Shown here: positions 1-9,001 of the stretch, in pieces
Layout: each line of letters starts with the position of its first letter
How positions within the stretch are numbered: the stretch's first letter is position 1
NCBI GenBank assembly: GCA_963733035.1
Contig: CAVTBU010000010.1
Span: 167,346-231,345 of the forward strand
DNA from: Pirellulales bacterium
Lineage (GTDB): Bacteria; Planctomycetota; Planctomycetia; Pirellulales; PALSA-1355
Reading direction: 5' to 3'
DNA length: 64,000 nucleotides
Notes under the pieces: generated by a model
Database searches by the model: none
What the model was told of the DNA's origin: nothing
Seen by the model: the letters and a program-made list of their open reading frames with translations, nothing else
Translations under genes and position numbers: made by a program

Positions 1-1
1 G

Positions 2-118
2 GCCAACGGCACCAACAAGACGATGCGGGTTTGCACCCAGTGCATTCGCAGCGGCGCGGTGACCAAGCGTGTGCGAAACGCACCCTTCAAGCTGCCGACG
101 GGGGCCAAGGCAAGCTAG
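2..118 (+). CDS. rpmB: 50S ribosomal protein L28, C-terminal part (5' truncated by window)
   Basis: Frame 2 reads ANGTNKTMRVCTQCIRSGAVTKRVRNAPFKLPTGAKAS*; RVCTxC(I/L)RSG is the L28 C-terminal motif; TAG at 116-118. Confidence 0.8.
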   Translation, partial: ANGTNKTMRVCTQCIRSGAVTKRVRNAPFKLPTGAKAS

Positions 119-213
119 ACGGGAAAGCGGCTTGCGCGTCGGTTCGTAAAACACCTGACCCGACCCAGCTGCTTTTCTTGCGTACCCACTGACCTCTAGC
201 CGATCACTCTCCC

Positions 214-501
214 ATGCTCACCCGCGCTCAAGTCGAAAAGGTCTCGCTATTGGCCCGCTTGCAGCTCACGGACGACGAGCTCGACCTGATGACGTCGCAA
301 TTGGGACAGATCGTTGGCTACGTGGAATCGCTTGCGGAACTTGACACGCAAGACGTCGAGCCGATGGCGCATGCCCTGGACGTCTCGAACGTGTTTGCGG
401 CCGACGAGCCGCGGCCGAGCCTGGAGCGCGAAGCGGCGCTGACCAACGCGCCGCACCACGATCGCGAGTTTTACTTGGTTCCCGCCGTGCTGGGTGATTA
501 A
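214..501 (+). CDS. gatC: Asp/Glu-tRNA amidotransferase subunit C
   Basis: 95 aa, V..LARL...L..I+.YVE.L.ELDT..VEP...F..D.P..SL...AL.NAP....Y.VP.V; first gene of gatCAB. Confidence 0.95.
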   Translation: MLTRAQVEKVSLLARLQLTDDELDLMTSQLGQIVGYVESLAELDTQDVEPMAHALDVSNVFAADEPRPSLEREAALTNAPHHDREFYLVPAVLGD

Positions 502-504
502 GCC

Positions 505-2046
505 ATGTCCTTGGTGCGTCGTAGCGCTACCGAATTGCTGGCCCAGCTGAATTCCGGCGAAGTCACGTCGGTTGAACTTACGCAGGCTTATCTCGATCAG
601 ATCGAGCGCCACGACGGCGACGTGAAAGCCTTCCTGCGCGTCAATAAAACAACCGCGCTGGAGCGCGCGGCGGACATTGACAAGCGTCGCCGCGAGAAGC
701 AGCCGCTCGGCCGGCTGGCTGGTTTGCCGGTCGCCGTCAAGGATTTGCTGTGCACCAAGGGCGAACCGACGACCTGCGCCTCGCGGATGCTGGAAGACTT
801 CCGGCCGCCATACGATGCGACGGTGATCTCGCGGCTCAAGGATGCCGACGCCGTGCTGATCGGTCGCACGAACATGGACGAGTTTGCCATGGGTGCCTCG
901 ACCGAGAATTCCGCGTTCAAGCAAACGGCGAACCCCTGGGGACTCGACCGCACGCCGGGTGGATCCAGCGGTGGCGCGGCTGCGTGCGTGGCGGCCGGCA
1001 TGGCGCCGTTGTCGGTGGGTAGCGATACGGGTGGTTCGATCCGACAGCCGGCCGGGTTGTGCGGCATCACGGGGCTCAAGCCGACCTACGGTCGCGTCAG
1101 CCGTTATGGCCTGGTGGCGTTTGCCAGCAGCCTCGACCAGATTGGTCCGTTGGCACGCACCGCTGAAGATGCAGCGCTTTTGTTGGAAGTGTTGGCCGGG
1201 CACGATCCACTGGATTCGACGTCGGTCGAGGTGCCGGTGCCGAAGTACTCCGAGACCGTACGGCAGCCGCTCAAAAACTTGCGGCTGGGCCTGGTTCGCG
1301 AGCATTTTGGCGAGGGGCTCGAACCGAACGTGGAACAGGCCGTGCGGGCGGCGGTCGACGTCTACAAGTCGCTGGGGGCCACGGTCAAAGATATCTCGTT
1401 GCCGCACGGCAAGTACGGCGTGGCGACTTACTACATCATCGCCCCCTGCGAGGCCTCGAGTAACCTGGCCCGCTACGAGGGCGTGCACTACGGTCATCGC
1501 ACCGACGAAAAGAAGATGGTTGCGGCGCTTGCGGCCGAACGCGACAAGTTGCTGGCGGCTGGCAAACAGGCCGAGGCCGACGCGCTCGACAACCCGCTCG
1601 TGCGACTGTACCGGCAAAGTCGGGCAGAAGGTTTTGGCCCGGAAGTCAAACGCCGGATCATGCTCGGCACGTATGCCCTAAGTGCCGGCTACTACGACGC
1701 CTACTACCTCAAGGCCCTCAAGGTCCGCCGGCTGATTCGGCAGGACTACGACGCGGCGTTTGGCGAAGTGGATTTGATCATCGGTCCGGTGACAACGAGC
1801 CCCGCGTTCAAGCTGGGCGAAAAAGTGGACGATCCGCTGGCGATGTACCTGGTTGACTTGTACACGGCCAGCGCGAACCTGGCCGGCATCGGCGGAATCG
1901 CGCTACGGTGTGGCACCAGCGGCGGGTTGCCGATCGGCTTGCAGTTGCAGGCTCCGCCGTTCGAGGAAGATCGCCTGCTGCGGGCGGCCCACATGTATCA
2001 GCAGGCCACCGATTGGCACAAACAGTTTCCGGCAATGGTACCCTGA
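505..2046 (+). CDS. gatA: Asp/Glu-tRNA amidotransferase subunit A
   Basis: Amidase signature GGSSGG, GSDTGGSIRQPA, KPTYGRVSRYG, GFGPEVKRRIMLGT. Confidence 0.97.
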   Translation: MSLVRRSATELLAQLNSGEVTSVELTQAYLDQIERHDGDVKAFLRVNKTTALERAADIDKRRREKQPLGRLAGLPVAVKDLLCTKGEPTTCASRMLEDFRPPYDATVISRLKDADAVLIGRTNMDEFAMGASTENSAFKQTANPWGLDRTPGGSSGGAAACVAAGMAPLSVGSDTGGSIRQPAGLCGITGLKPTYGRVSRYGLVAFASSLDQIGPLARTAEDAALLLEVLAGHDPLDSTSVEVPVPKYSETVRQPLKNLRLGLVREHFGEGLEPNVEQAVRAAVDVYKSLGATVKDISLPHGKYGVATYYIIAPCEASSNLARYEGVHYGHRTDEKKMVAALAAERDKLLAAGKQAEADALDNPLVRLYRQSRAEGFGPEVKRRIMLGTYALSAGYYDAYYLKALKVRRLIRQDYDAAFGEVDLIIGPVTTSPAFKLGEKVDDPLAMYLVDLYTASANLAGIGGIALRCGTSGGLPIGLQLQAPPFEEDRLLRAAHMYQQATDWHKQFPAMVP

Positions 2047-2074
2047 CGGCGTTATCCAGAACGCGAGCACGCGC

Positions 2075-3544
2075 GTGAGCGACCCTTACACCATCATCAT
2101 CGGCCTGGAAGTCCACGTGCAGTTGCAGACGCGCACGAAGTTGTTCTGCCGCTGCAGTACGAAGTTTGGCGCGCCGCCCAACACGCAAACTTGCCCGGTC
2201 TGCATCGGCATGCCTGGCACGTTGCCGGTGATGAATCGCGAGGCGTTTCAACTCGCGTTGCGCACCGCGGTGGCGCTCAATTGCGAGATTGCCAATTTCA
2301 CCAAATGGGATCGCAAGCAGTATTACTATCCCGATCTGCCCAAGGGCTATCAAATTAGCCAGTACGACTTGCCTTTCTCACACGACGGACAGTTGGCGAT
2401 CAGCGATCCGAAGGGGCGTTTCGAGCCGAAAAAGATCGGCATCATTCGCGCGCACTTGGAAGAAGACGCCGGCAAGAGCATGCATGACGAAGTCACCGGT
2501 CAGGCCGACAGCCGCATCGACCTGAACCGCGCCGGCACGCCGCTATTGGAAATCGTCAGTCAACCGGACATGCGGTCGCCTGCCGAGGCCAAGGCCTACT
2601 TGCAGGAAATGAAACTGTTGCTCACCTACCTGGGCGTGTCGGACTGCAACATGCAGGAAGGGAGCCTGCGAGTCGACGCGAACATTAACCTGCACATCGA
2701 CACGCCCGACGGAAAAATTGCCACGCCGATCGTCGAAGTGAAAAACATGAACAGCTTCCGCGCAGTGGAAAGGGCCATGGAATACGAAGCCGTCCGCCAC
2801 TACGAAGTCTGGAAGGAAACCGGCGAGCGGTTGGGCGACGTGCCGAAGCAGACCCGCGGCTGGGATGACGTGGCAAATGTCACCCGCGGCCAGCGACACA
2901 AGGAGGAATCGAGCGACTATCGTTACTTTCCCGACCCGGACCTGGTGCCCGTGCGGACAAGCGACGCCGAGATTGAAGCGGTGCGGGCAAGCCTTGGCGA
3001 GCTGCCCGCCCAGATGCGCGAGCGGCTGGAAAACACCTACGGCATCAAGCCGTACGACAGCGACGTGTTGGTCAGTGCAGGGCGCGGACTGGTCGATTAC
3101 TACGTCGAATTGGCCGAATTGGTGGGTGATGGCAAGCTGGCCAGCAACTGGGTGCAGCAGGACGTAATGCGGACGCTCAACGAGCAGAAGGTCGAGGTCG
3201 AAGCATTCTCGCTCCGGCCGAGGCAGCTGGGCGATCTGCTGACCGCGATTCAGAAGGGCGATATCGACACCAGCCGGGCTCGCGAGGTGTTCCTGGAAAT
3301 GGTCGCCTCGGGCAAGAGTGCGGCCGATGTGATGAAGGCCCAGGGTATCGAAAAGGTCGACGAGAGCCAATTGGTGGCGCTTTGCCAGGAACTGATCGCC
3401 GCGAATCCCAAGATCGTGGCCGACATCCAGGGTGGAAAGCTCCAGGCCGCCGGCAACCTGATCGGCCAGGCCAAGAAGAAGAATCCAAACGTCAACCCGG
3501 GCCGCTTCCGCGAGCTGGTGATCGAACTCGTGGGAAAACTTTAA
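2075..3544 (+). CDS. gatB: Asp/Glu-tRNA amidotransferase subunit B
   Basis: IGLEVHVQL, YYYPDLPKGYQISQ, HLEEDAGK, DLNRAGTPLLEIV, YRYFPDPDL; probable GTG start at 2075. Confidence 0.97.
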   Translation: MSDPYTIIIGLEVHVQLQTRTKLFCRCSTKFGAPPNTQTCPVCIGMPGTLPVMNREAFQLALRTAVALNCEIANFTKWDRKQYYYPDLPKGYQISQYDLPFSHDGQLAISDPKGRFEPKKIGIIRAHLEEDAGKSMHDEVTGQADSRIDLNRAGTPLLEIVSQPDMRSPAEAKAYLQEMKLLLTYLGVSDCNMQEGSLRVDANINLHIDTPDGKIATPIVEVKNMNSFRAVERAMEYEAVRHYEVWKETGERLGDVPKQTRGWDDVANVTRGQRHKEESSDYRYFPDPDLVPVRTSDAEIEAVRASLGELPAQMRERLENTYGIKPYDSDVLVSAGRGLVDYYVELAELVGDGKLASNWVQQDVMRTLNEQKVEVEAFSLRPRQLGDLLTAIQKGDIDTSRAREVFLEMVASGKSAADVMKAQGIEKVDESQLVALCQELIAANPKIVADIQGGKLQAAGNLIGQAKKKNPNVNPGRFRELVIELVGKL

Positions 3545-3614
3545 GAGCATCCGAGCGTCGTGTGATTCTGGCCTGCTCACGCGGCGTGAGCATGGCACCC
3601 GAGAGGGTCCTGCC

Positions 3615-4406
3615 ATGGCACAGCCCCGCATTATCACGCTTACCACCGATTTCGGCGCGAGCAGCCCGTACGTGTCGGCCATGAAGGGCGTGATTTTGTC
3701 GATCAACCCGGCGGTCACGTTGGTCGACATCACGCACGCGGTGCCGCCCCAGGACGTGCGCGCCGGCGCGTTGGTGCTGGCCGACATGACACCTTGGTTT
3801 CCGCCCGCCACGATTCACGTGGCCGTGATCGATCCGGGTGTTGGCACGCGGCGGAAAATTGTCTATGCGCGGGTCGGGCAACAGCATTACGTGGCTCCCG
3901 ACAATGGATTATTAAGCCGTTTGGCGCTCGACCCCGACGACTCTACAATCGTTACCGTTGCCCGGCCGGAGTTCTGGTTGCCAAGCGTGTCGTCGACGTT
4001 TCACGGACGTGACATCATGGCTCCGGTCTCGGCACGGCTCAGCCTGGGGCTCGACCCCACGCGGCTGGGACCTAAGCAAGAGGACATTGAACGATTGGAT
4101 TGGACGGAGGCACGCGTGACGGCCAACAAAATCGAAGGAACCGTGCAGTCGATCGACTCGTTCGGCAATTTGATCACCGACATTTCGGCCGACGTGCTCG
4201 CCGACGTGCCACGCGGCGAGGAGACCACGATTGTTTGCGACGACCACCAAACGCACGGCATCTTTAATGCCTATGCCGACCAACCCGAGATGACGCTCAT
4301 TGCCCTGGTCGGTTCCAACGGCAAGCTCGAGTTGGCGATTGTCGGCGAGAGCGCGGCCCTGATGCTGGGTGTGGCCGTTGGCACGCCGGTAAAAGTCACC
4401 TGGTAG
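3615..4406 (+). CDS. SAM hydrolase / SAM-dependent halogenase family (DUF62)
   Basis: ITLTTDFG, VAVIDPGVG, APDNGLL, STFHGRDI, IDSFGNLIT motifs. Confidence 0.92.
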   Translation: MAQPRIITLTTDFGASSPYVSAMKGVILSINPAVTLVDITHAVPPQDVRAGALVLADMTPWFPPATIHVAVIDPGVGTRRKIVYARVGQQHYVAPDNGLLSRLALDPDDSTIVTVARPEFWLPSVSSTFHGRDIMAPVSARLSLGLDPTRLGPKQEDIERLDWTEARVTANKIEGTVQSIDSFGNLITDISADVLADVPRGEETTIVCDDHQTHGIFNAYADQPEMTLIALVGSNGKLELAIVGESAALMLGVAVGTPVKVTW

Positions 4407-4449
4407 CCGCGGCTTGCGACGAGCGGCATCTGACAAAGGCGGAGCCCAT

Positions 4450-5843
4450 ATGCTCAAATCCGGGCCACCAGCGGAGCGCGGTATCCGCGCGGAACCTTCG
4501 CGGACGGAACTCATCGAGTGGGATCGCCAGATCGTCTGGCATGCATTCACCCAGATGAACGAATACGAACCGCTGATCTTCGAGCGAGCACACGGTTGCA
4601 CGCTGGTCGACATCGATGGGAATGAATACCTGGATGGCTGCGCGAGCGTGTGGTGCAACGTGCACGGGCATCGGCATCCGCGTCTCGACGCCGCCCTCCG
4701 CGAGCAGCTGGACAAGGTGGCCCACGTCACCTCGTTGGGCTCGTCGAATCCTACTACGATCAAGTTGGCCAAGCGGCTCGTGGATTTGGCACCCGCGGGT
4801 CTCGAGCACGTTTTTTTCTCGGACAGCGGCGCGACGGCCGTCGAAGTGGCCCTCAAGATGTCTCTGCAGTATTGGCGGCAGCGCAGTGATCCGCGTCCCA
4901 ACAAAACGACCTACGTGGCGCTGGGCGACGCGTACCACGGTGATACGCTCGGCAGCGTTAGTGTCGGAGGCGTGGCTCGGTTCCACGCGATGTTCGATCC
5001 GCTGCTGTTCGAGGTGTTGCGCGCCGACGCCCGACATGTATCGTTTGCCCCAGGGAGTGACCCGGGAGAATGTGCTCGCGCACTACTGCGCGTGCAATGG
5101 AAGAACTGCTTGCCCGCCAGCACGAGCGGGTTGCGGCCGTGATCTTGGAACCCTTGGTACAGGCCGCGGCGGGCATGGTAATGCACCCGCCGGGATACCT
5201 GGCGGCGATTCGCGAGCTGACGCGGAAATATGACGTGCATTTGATCGCCGACGAAGTGGCGGTTGGCTTTGGCCGCACGGGAACGATGTTTGCCTGCGAG
5301 CAGGAGCACGTATCTCCCGATTTCCTGTGCCTGGCCAAAGGATTGACCGGTGGATACATGCCCGTCGCGGCCACCCTGACCACCGGCGATGTATGGTCTG
5401 CCTTTCTGGGTACGTATGCTGAATCGAAGAGTTTCTTTCATGGCCATACGTATGGCGGAAACCCGTTGGGATGTGCGGTGGCGCTGGCCACGCTCGACGT
5501 CTTCGAAGAAGAACACACTTTGGCGGGATTATCCCCCAAAGTCGCCCGGCTGGCCGAACACCTCGATCGCATCGCTGAGCACCCTCACGTGGGCAATGTT
5601 CGTCAGCGCGGCTTGATTGCCGGCATCGAACTGGTGCGCGACAAGGCGACGCGCGAAGCGTATCCGTGGGAGGAAAAGCGAGGGCTGGCGGTTTGCGACT
5701 GGGTTCGTCGGCAGGGCGTGCTATTGCGACCGTTGGGAAGCGTGTTGGTGGTTTTCCCGCCGCTCTCGGTGACGCTTGACCAACTGGACCGCATCGGTAC
5801 GGCGCTCGAGGCGGGAATCGTGGCCGTAACGGAAACGGAATAG
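4450..5843 (+). CDS. bioA: Adenosylmethionine-8-amino-7-oxononanoate aminotransferase; two frameshifts (~5020, ~5090) as given
   Basis: VWHAFTQM, SDSGATAVEVALKM, YHGDT in frame 1; PTPDMYR..HY in frame 2; LEPLVQAAAGM, IADEVAVGFGRTG, AKGLTGGY, HGHTYGGNP in frame 3. Confidence 0.9.
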
Positions 5844-5871
5844 CCGCGCCTGGTCTTGCTCTGCAGAATGG

Positions 5872-6849
5872 CTATTGCGCGGACGATTTACTGCCGTTGG
5901 GCGAGGCTCCGATCGGCATGCCATCAGGCAAGGGTCTCGCTGCGACCGTGTAGCCCATGTCGTAGAGCTCTTTCTTCAGACGTGCGAACTCCGCGAAACT
6001 GTCGGGATACGTCCAAATGGTGATCGTATAGCGCTCTGGCGACAGCCGGGAGAGCGTGCGGCGGAAGTCGGAACCCGACTTTAAGGCTTGGTCCAATGGC
6101 TCGCCCAGTTGATTGGTGACCGGCAGAAACTCCACGTAGGCCAGTTCGAACAGCGAACCTTGCGGCATATCGTGGCGCTGAATTACGTAGCGAAGGCGAA
6201 ATCCCTCGATGGGTCCCAGCGTGTCGACCATTTCCGAGCGGCTGCCCATCTCGTTGACGGCGGACCGCAATTCTCCGCGCAGCCGGCCCATCAAGGTTTC
6301 GTAGGGCAGCACGGCCAGACGACCGTCGTAGAGTCTGAGGTGCGCCTCGTCGCTATCGACGAGTTTGCCAAGCGGCGTGGGGTGATTCTCGATCTTGACC
6401 GTCTCGGGTTTGGCCGCCTGCTCGGCCATTTCCTGCTCGGCTTCCAACCGCTTGAGTTCATCACGAGCCTGGGCCATTTCGCGGTCGTATTCAAACCGCT
6501 TTCGCGCCTCGTCGTCGAGCGCTTGACGCCGCTGGTCCATGTCTTTCTCAATCGCCGTGACCAGCACGCTCAACCGCCCGCGCTCGATGGCCTTGGCCTG
6601 CGTGGCCGCCTGAATCTCGGCCATCTGGGCCGCCAATCGGTGCACGTCGTCCTCCAACTGCTGCGACTCGGCTCGGGCTGCCGTCAGTGCTTGGTTGGGA
6701 GCCGGAGCGGGCAATTCGACGGGCGCGGTCTTGGCGCGTTCGCCCACGACCATCACCAGGATGATGAGAATACCCACGAGATTCGTAATGATGTCCAGAA
6801 AGGAATCGCTTCCGGCGCCTTCCTGGTCAGCGGCTTTGGGTCGTGCCAT
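5872..6849 (-). CDS. Single-pass membrane protein with ExbD/TolR-like N-terminal TM (conserved Asp), coiled coil and C-terminal alpha/beta domain
   Basis: DSFLDIITNLVGILIILVMVVG TM; A/E/Q/R-rich heptads; third gene of the operon with the MotA/ExbB-like gene. Confidence 0.7.
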   Translation of the reverse strand: MARPKAADQEGAGSDSFLDIITNLVGILIILVMVVGERAKTAPVELPAPAPNQALTAARAESQQLEDDVHRLAAQMAEIQAATQAKAIERGRLSVLVTAIEKDMDQRRQALDDEARKRFEYDREMAQARDELKRLEAEQEMAEQAAKPETVKIENHPTPLGKLVDSDEAHLRLYDGRLAVLPYETLMGRLRGELRSAVNEMGSRSEMVDTLGPIEGFRLRYVIQRHDMPQGSLFELAYVEFLPVTNQLGEPLDQALKSGSDFRRTLSRLSPERYTITIWTYPDSFAEFARLKKELYDMGYTVAARPLPDGMPIGASPNGSKSSAQ

Positions 6850-6874
6850 GATGCGGTGCGGTCAGTCTATGAGT

Positions 6875-9001
6875 CTATTTGCGCGGCGACGCGGCAGGTT
6901 GCCGAGCCGTCGGAGGTGGATTGCGTCGATCCACGTCGAGTCCACTGCTGGCCAAGAGTGCCTTGACCTCTTCGAAGCGTGCTTCGCCCCCGGGACGGAC
7001 GTCCATCTTGAGTGTCGGTCGCCAATGCAGTCCGCGTCCGGCCTTGCCCCAGACTTTCATGTAGTCCCAAACCGACGAGACAAGTTGGTCCATCGAATCT
7101 TCGGTATGCTCGCCAAGCTTGATTTCCTGAGGTTTCTGCGCGCGTGATTCGGGTACCAACACAAGCCGATCGGGAAAGCACAGGACCAGAATCGGCCGCG
7201 AAGCGGCAATGGATCCGCGGCCTCCGCCAAGCAGCCCCCAGTCCTCGCCCCGTGTGTCGGCCATGCTTTGAGGTAGCTTTTTGCGCTTGCCGAGCATGAG
7301 GTCGCTGGGCCGATTTCCGGCCGTGAGACTCTGTGGCACGTTGTGATAGGCAACATCTGGTAAATCGAGTATGGTCTTCTCGCCATCCGACTCGCCGCCG
7401 TCGCCACCCTCGGAGTTCGGATTGCGAAATTTCGGTTTGGCGCCCTTGCTTTCCAGTCGGTTGTGTTTTGGTGTGTCACCGCGCGATTCCATGTTGTGCG
7501 CGGGTCCCTCCGGAATCTGACACGAATCGCCTCCGTTGTTCTCTCCGCCGGGACCGTTTTGTTCGCCCGTCGTCTGGCCGACATGCTGGCTGCTCTGCTG
7601 ACCGCTTTGCTTTCCACTGTCCTGGGCCTCGCCGCCATTTTGACCTTCACCTTGCTGTCCGCCTCCGCTGCCACGGTACTGGCTCGTAGGCCCGTACCCA
7701 GTTTCCCCGCCGTGTTGCATGTCGGCGAACTGGGAACCGTCGATCGTTTGGCCTGCTCCGTTGCCGGTGCCTTTTCCTGTTCCCTCTCCCTTCTGCTGCG
7801 GCGCCAATCCGCCCGGCTCGGCGTAGGGATCGGCCGCCGGCGCGCCGCCGAACTTAGCGTACTCGTCCAAGCTGCCTGACGCGGTGCCACCCGACTGATC
7901 GCCGTAGCGCCCCGGGCTGTCCGTTCCGCGGGGTCCATCACCGGCAGCCGACTTGCCCCAGTCGTCTTGATAGTCGTCCCAACTTCCCAACCCGCTGCCG
8001 TGAGGACCGTCGCCTGTACCGGGCTCCTTGGCGAAACCGCCGTGCGATTTGGCATGGTAGACCGGACGCGGGCGACGTCTGGCGATCTGGTTCGACGACA
8101 ACACGTATTCGCGGTGCCGTTGCCTGGCTTCTTCAATGACGCGCTGGGTGAGTTCTGCCAAGGCTGGGTCGCGTTCGGGGAATTTCAGATCCCAGTCCGC
8201 GCCGACCAACTCGTAGCCAAACTCGCTGCCCCAGGAGTCGAGTGCCGCACGGGCGGCGTAATAAGCGGCAATGCCGTCGGGCCGGACAAGCATTAGCGGA
8301 TAGGGTTCCTCGGCAAGCTTTCCGCCGGCCGTCCGTTGCGCGAAGTATTCACGCTGCGCTCGCAAGGCCGAGGCCAACGGGTTTCCCGGGCCGAAGAAAC
8401 CGATGAAGTCGCCCGGCGTCAACACGATGCCCTCGGGCTGCAGCAAAATCTGGTTGTCGCGACATTCGATGTACACCGGACGGCGGTGTGTGGTGTTGCG
8501 TCCCTCGAACGGTACGACGGAATAGTTGACGGCTTTGAATTTTCCCTGCTTGCGAGCTTTGGCGACGGCCTGGCGGGCGGCGGCAAGTTGCTCTTTTGTC
8601 TCGGCCAACTCGGCTTCGTTTCGCTCCAACTCGTCGGCTGTTGCCGATCCGACTTGTTCGAGTTGAGCGTCGGCCGCCTTGAGCTGTTCGAGTTTCGACA
8701 GCAAGCGTCGCTGGTGATCCTCGACGTGACTTAACTTCAATCGCTCTTCGGCCAGCTGGGCCTGTGTCTTTTCGCGTGCCTCGCGCAAATGGCCAACGCG
8801 CCACTCGAAGAAGTCGGCATCGAGTTCATCTTGTTCCCGTTGGGCGCGCATTTTGGCCTCGGCCGTCTTGGCCGCCTGTTCTTGCCCGTGCCGAGCAAAG
8901 GCATGCAACAGGACCACGAGCGCCCCCATGGTGCAGATTAGAACTGCGAGAAAGGGGAACATCTGGATGCCCGTCGGTTTGGCACCTCCGCGCCTGCTCA
9001 T
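6875..9001 (-). CDS. Single-pass membrane protein with ExbD-like N-terminal TM (no Asp), coiled coil and a duplicated alpha/beta domain split by a Gly/Gln/Asp-rich linker
   Basis: MFPFLAVLICTMGALVVLL TM; 708 aa; ATG overlaps the upstream stop (8998-9001). Confidence 0.7.
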   Translation of the reverse strand: MSRRGGAKPTGIQMFPFLAVLICTMGALVVLLHAFARHGQEQAAKTAEAKMRAQREQDELDADFFEWRVGHLREAREKTQAQLAEERLKLSHVEDHQRRLLSKLEQLKAADAQLEQVGSATADELERNEAELAETKEQLAAARQAVAKARKQGKFKAVNYSVVPFEGRNTTHRRPVYIECRDNQILLQPEGIVLTPGDFIGFFGPGNPLASALRAQREYFAQRTAGGKLAEEPYPLMLVRPDGIAAYYAARAALDSWGSEFGYELVGADWDLKFPERDPALAELTQRVIEEARQRHREYVLSSNQIARRRPRPVYHAKSHGGFAKEPGTGDGPHGSGLGSWDDYQDDWGKSAAGDGPRGTDSPGRYGDQSGGTASGSLDEYAKFGGAPAADPYAEPGGLAPQQKGEGTGKGTGNGAGQTIDGSQFADMQHGGETGYGPTSQYRGSGGGQQGEGQNGGEAQDSGKQSGQQSSQHVGQTTGEQNGPGGENNGGDSCQIPEGPAHNMESRGDTPKHNRLESKGAKPKFRNPNSEGGDGGESDGEKTILDLPDVAYHNVPQSLTAGNRPSDLMLGKRKKLPQSMADTRGEDWGLLGGGRGSIAASRPILVLCFPDRLVLVPESRAQKPQEIKLGEHTEDSMDQLVSSVWDYMKVWGKAGRGLHWRPTLKMDVRPGGEARFEEVKALLASSGLDVDRRNPPPTARQPAASPRK

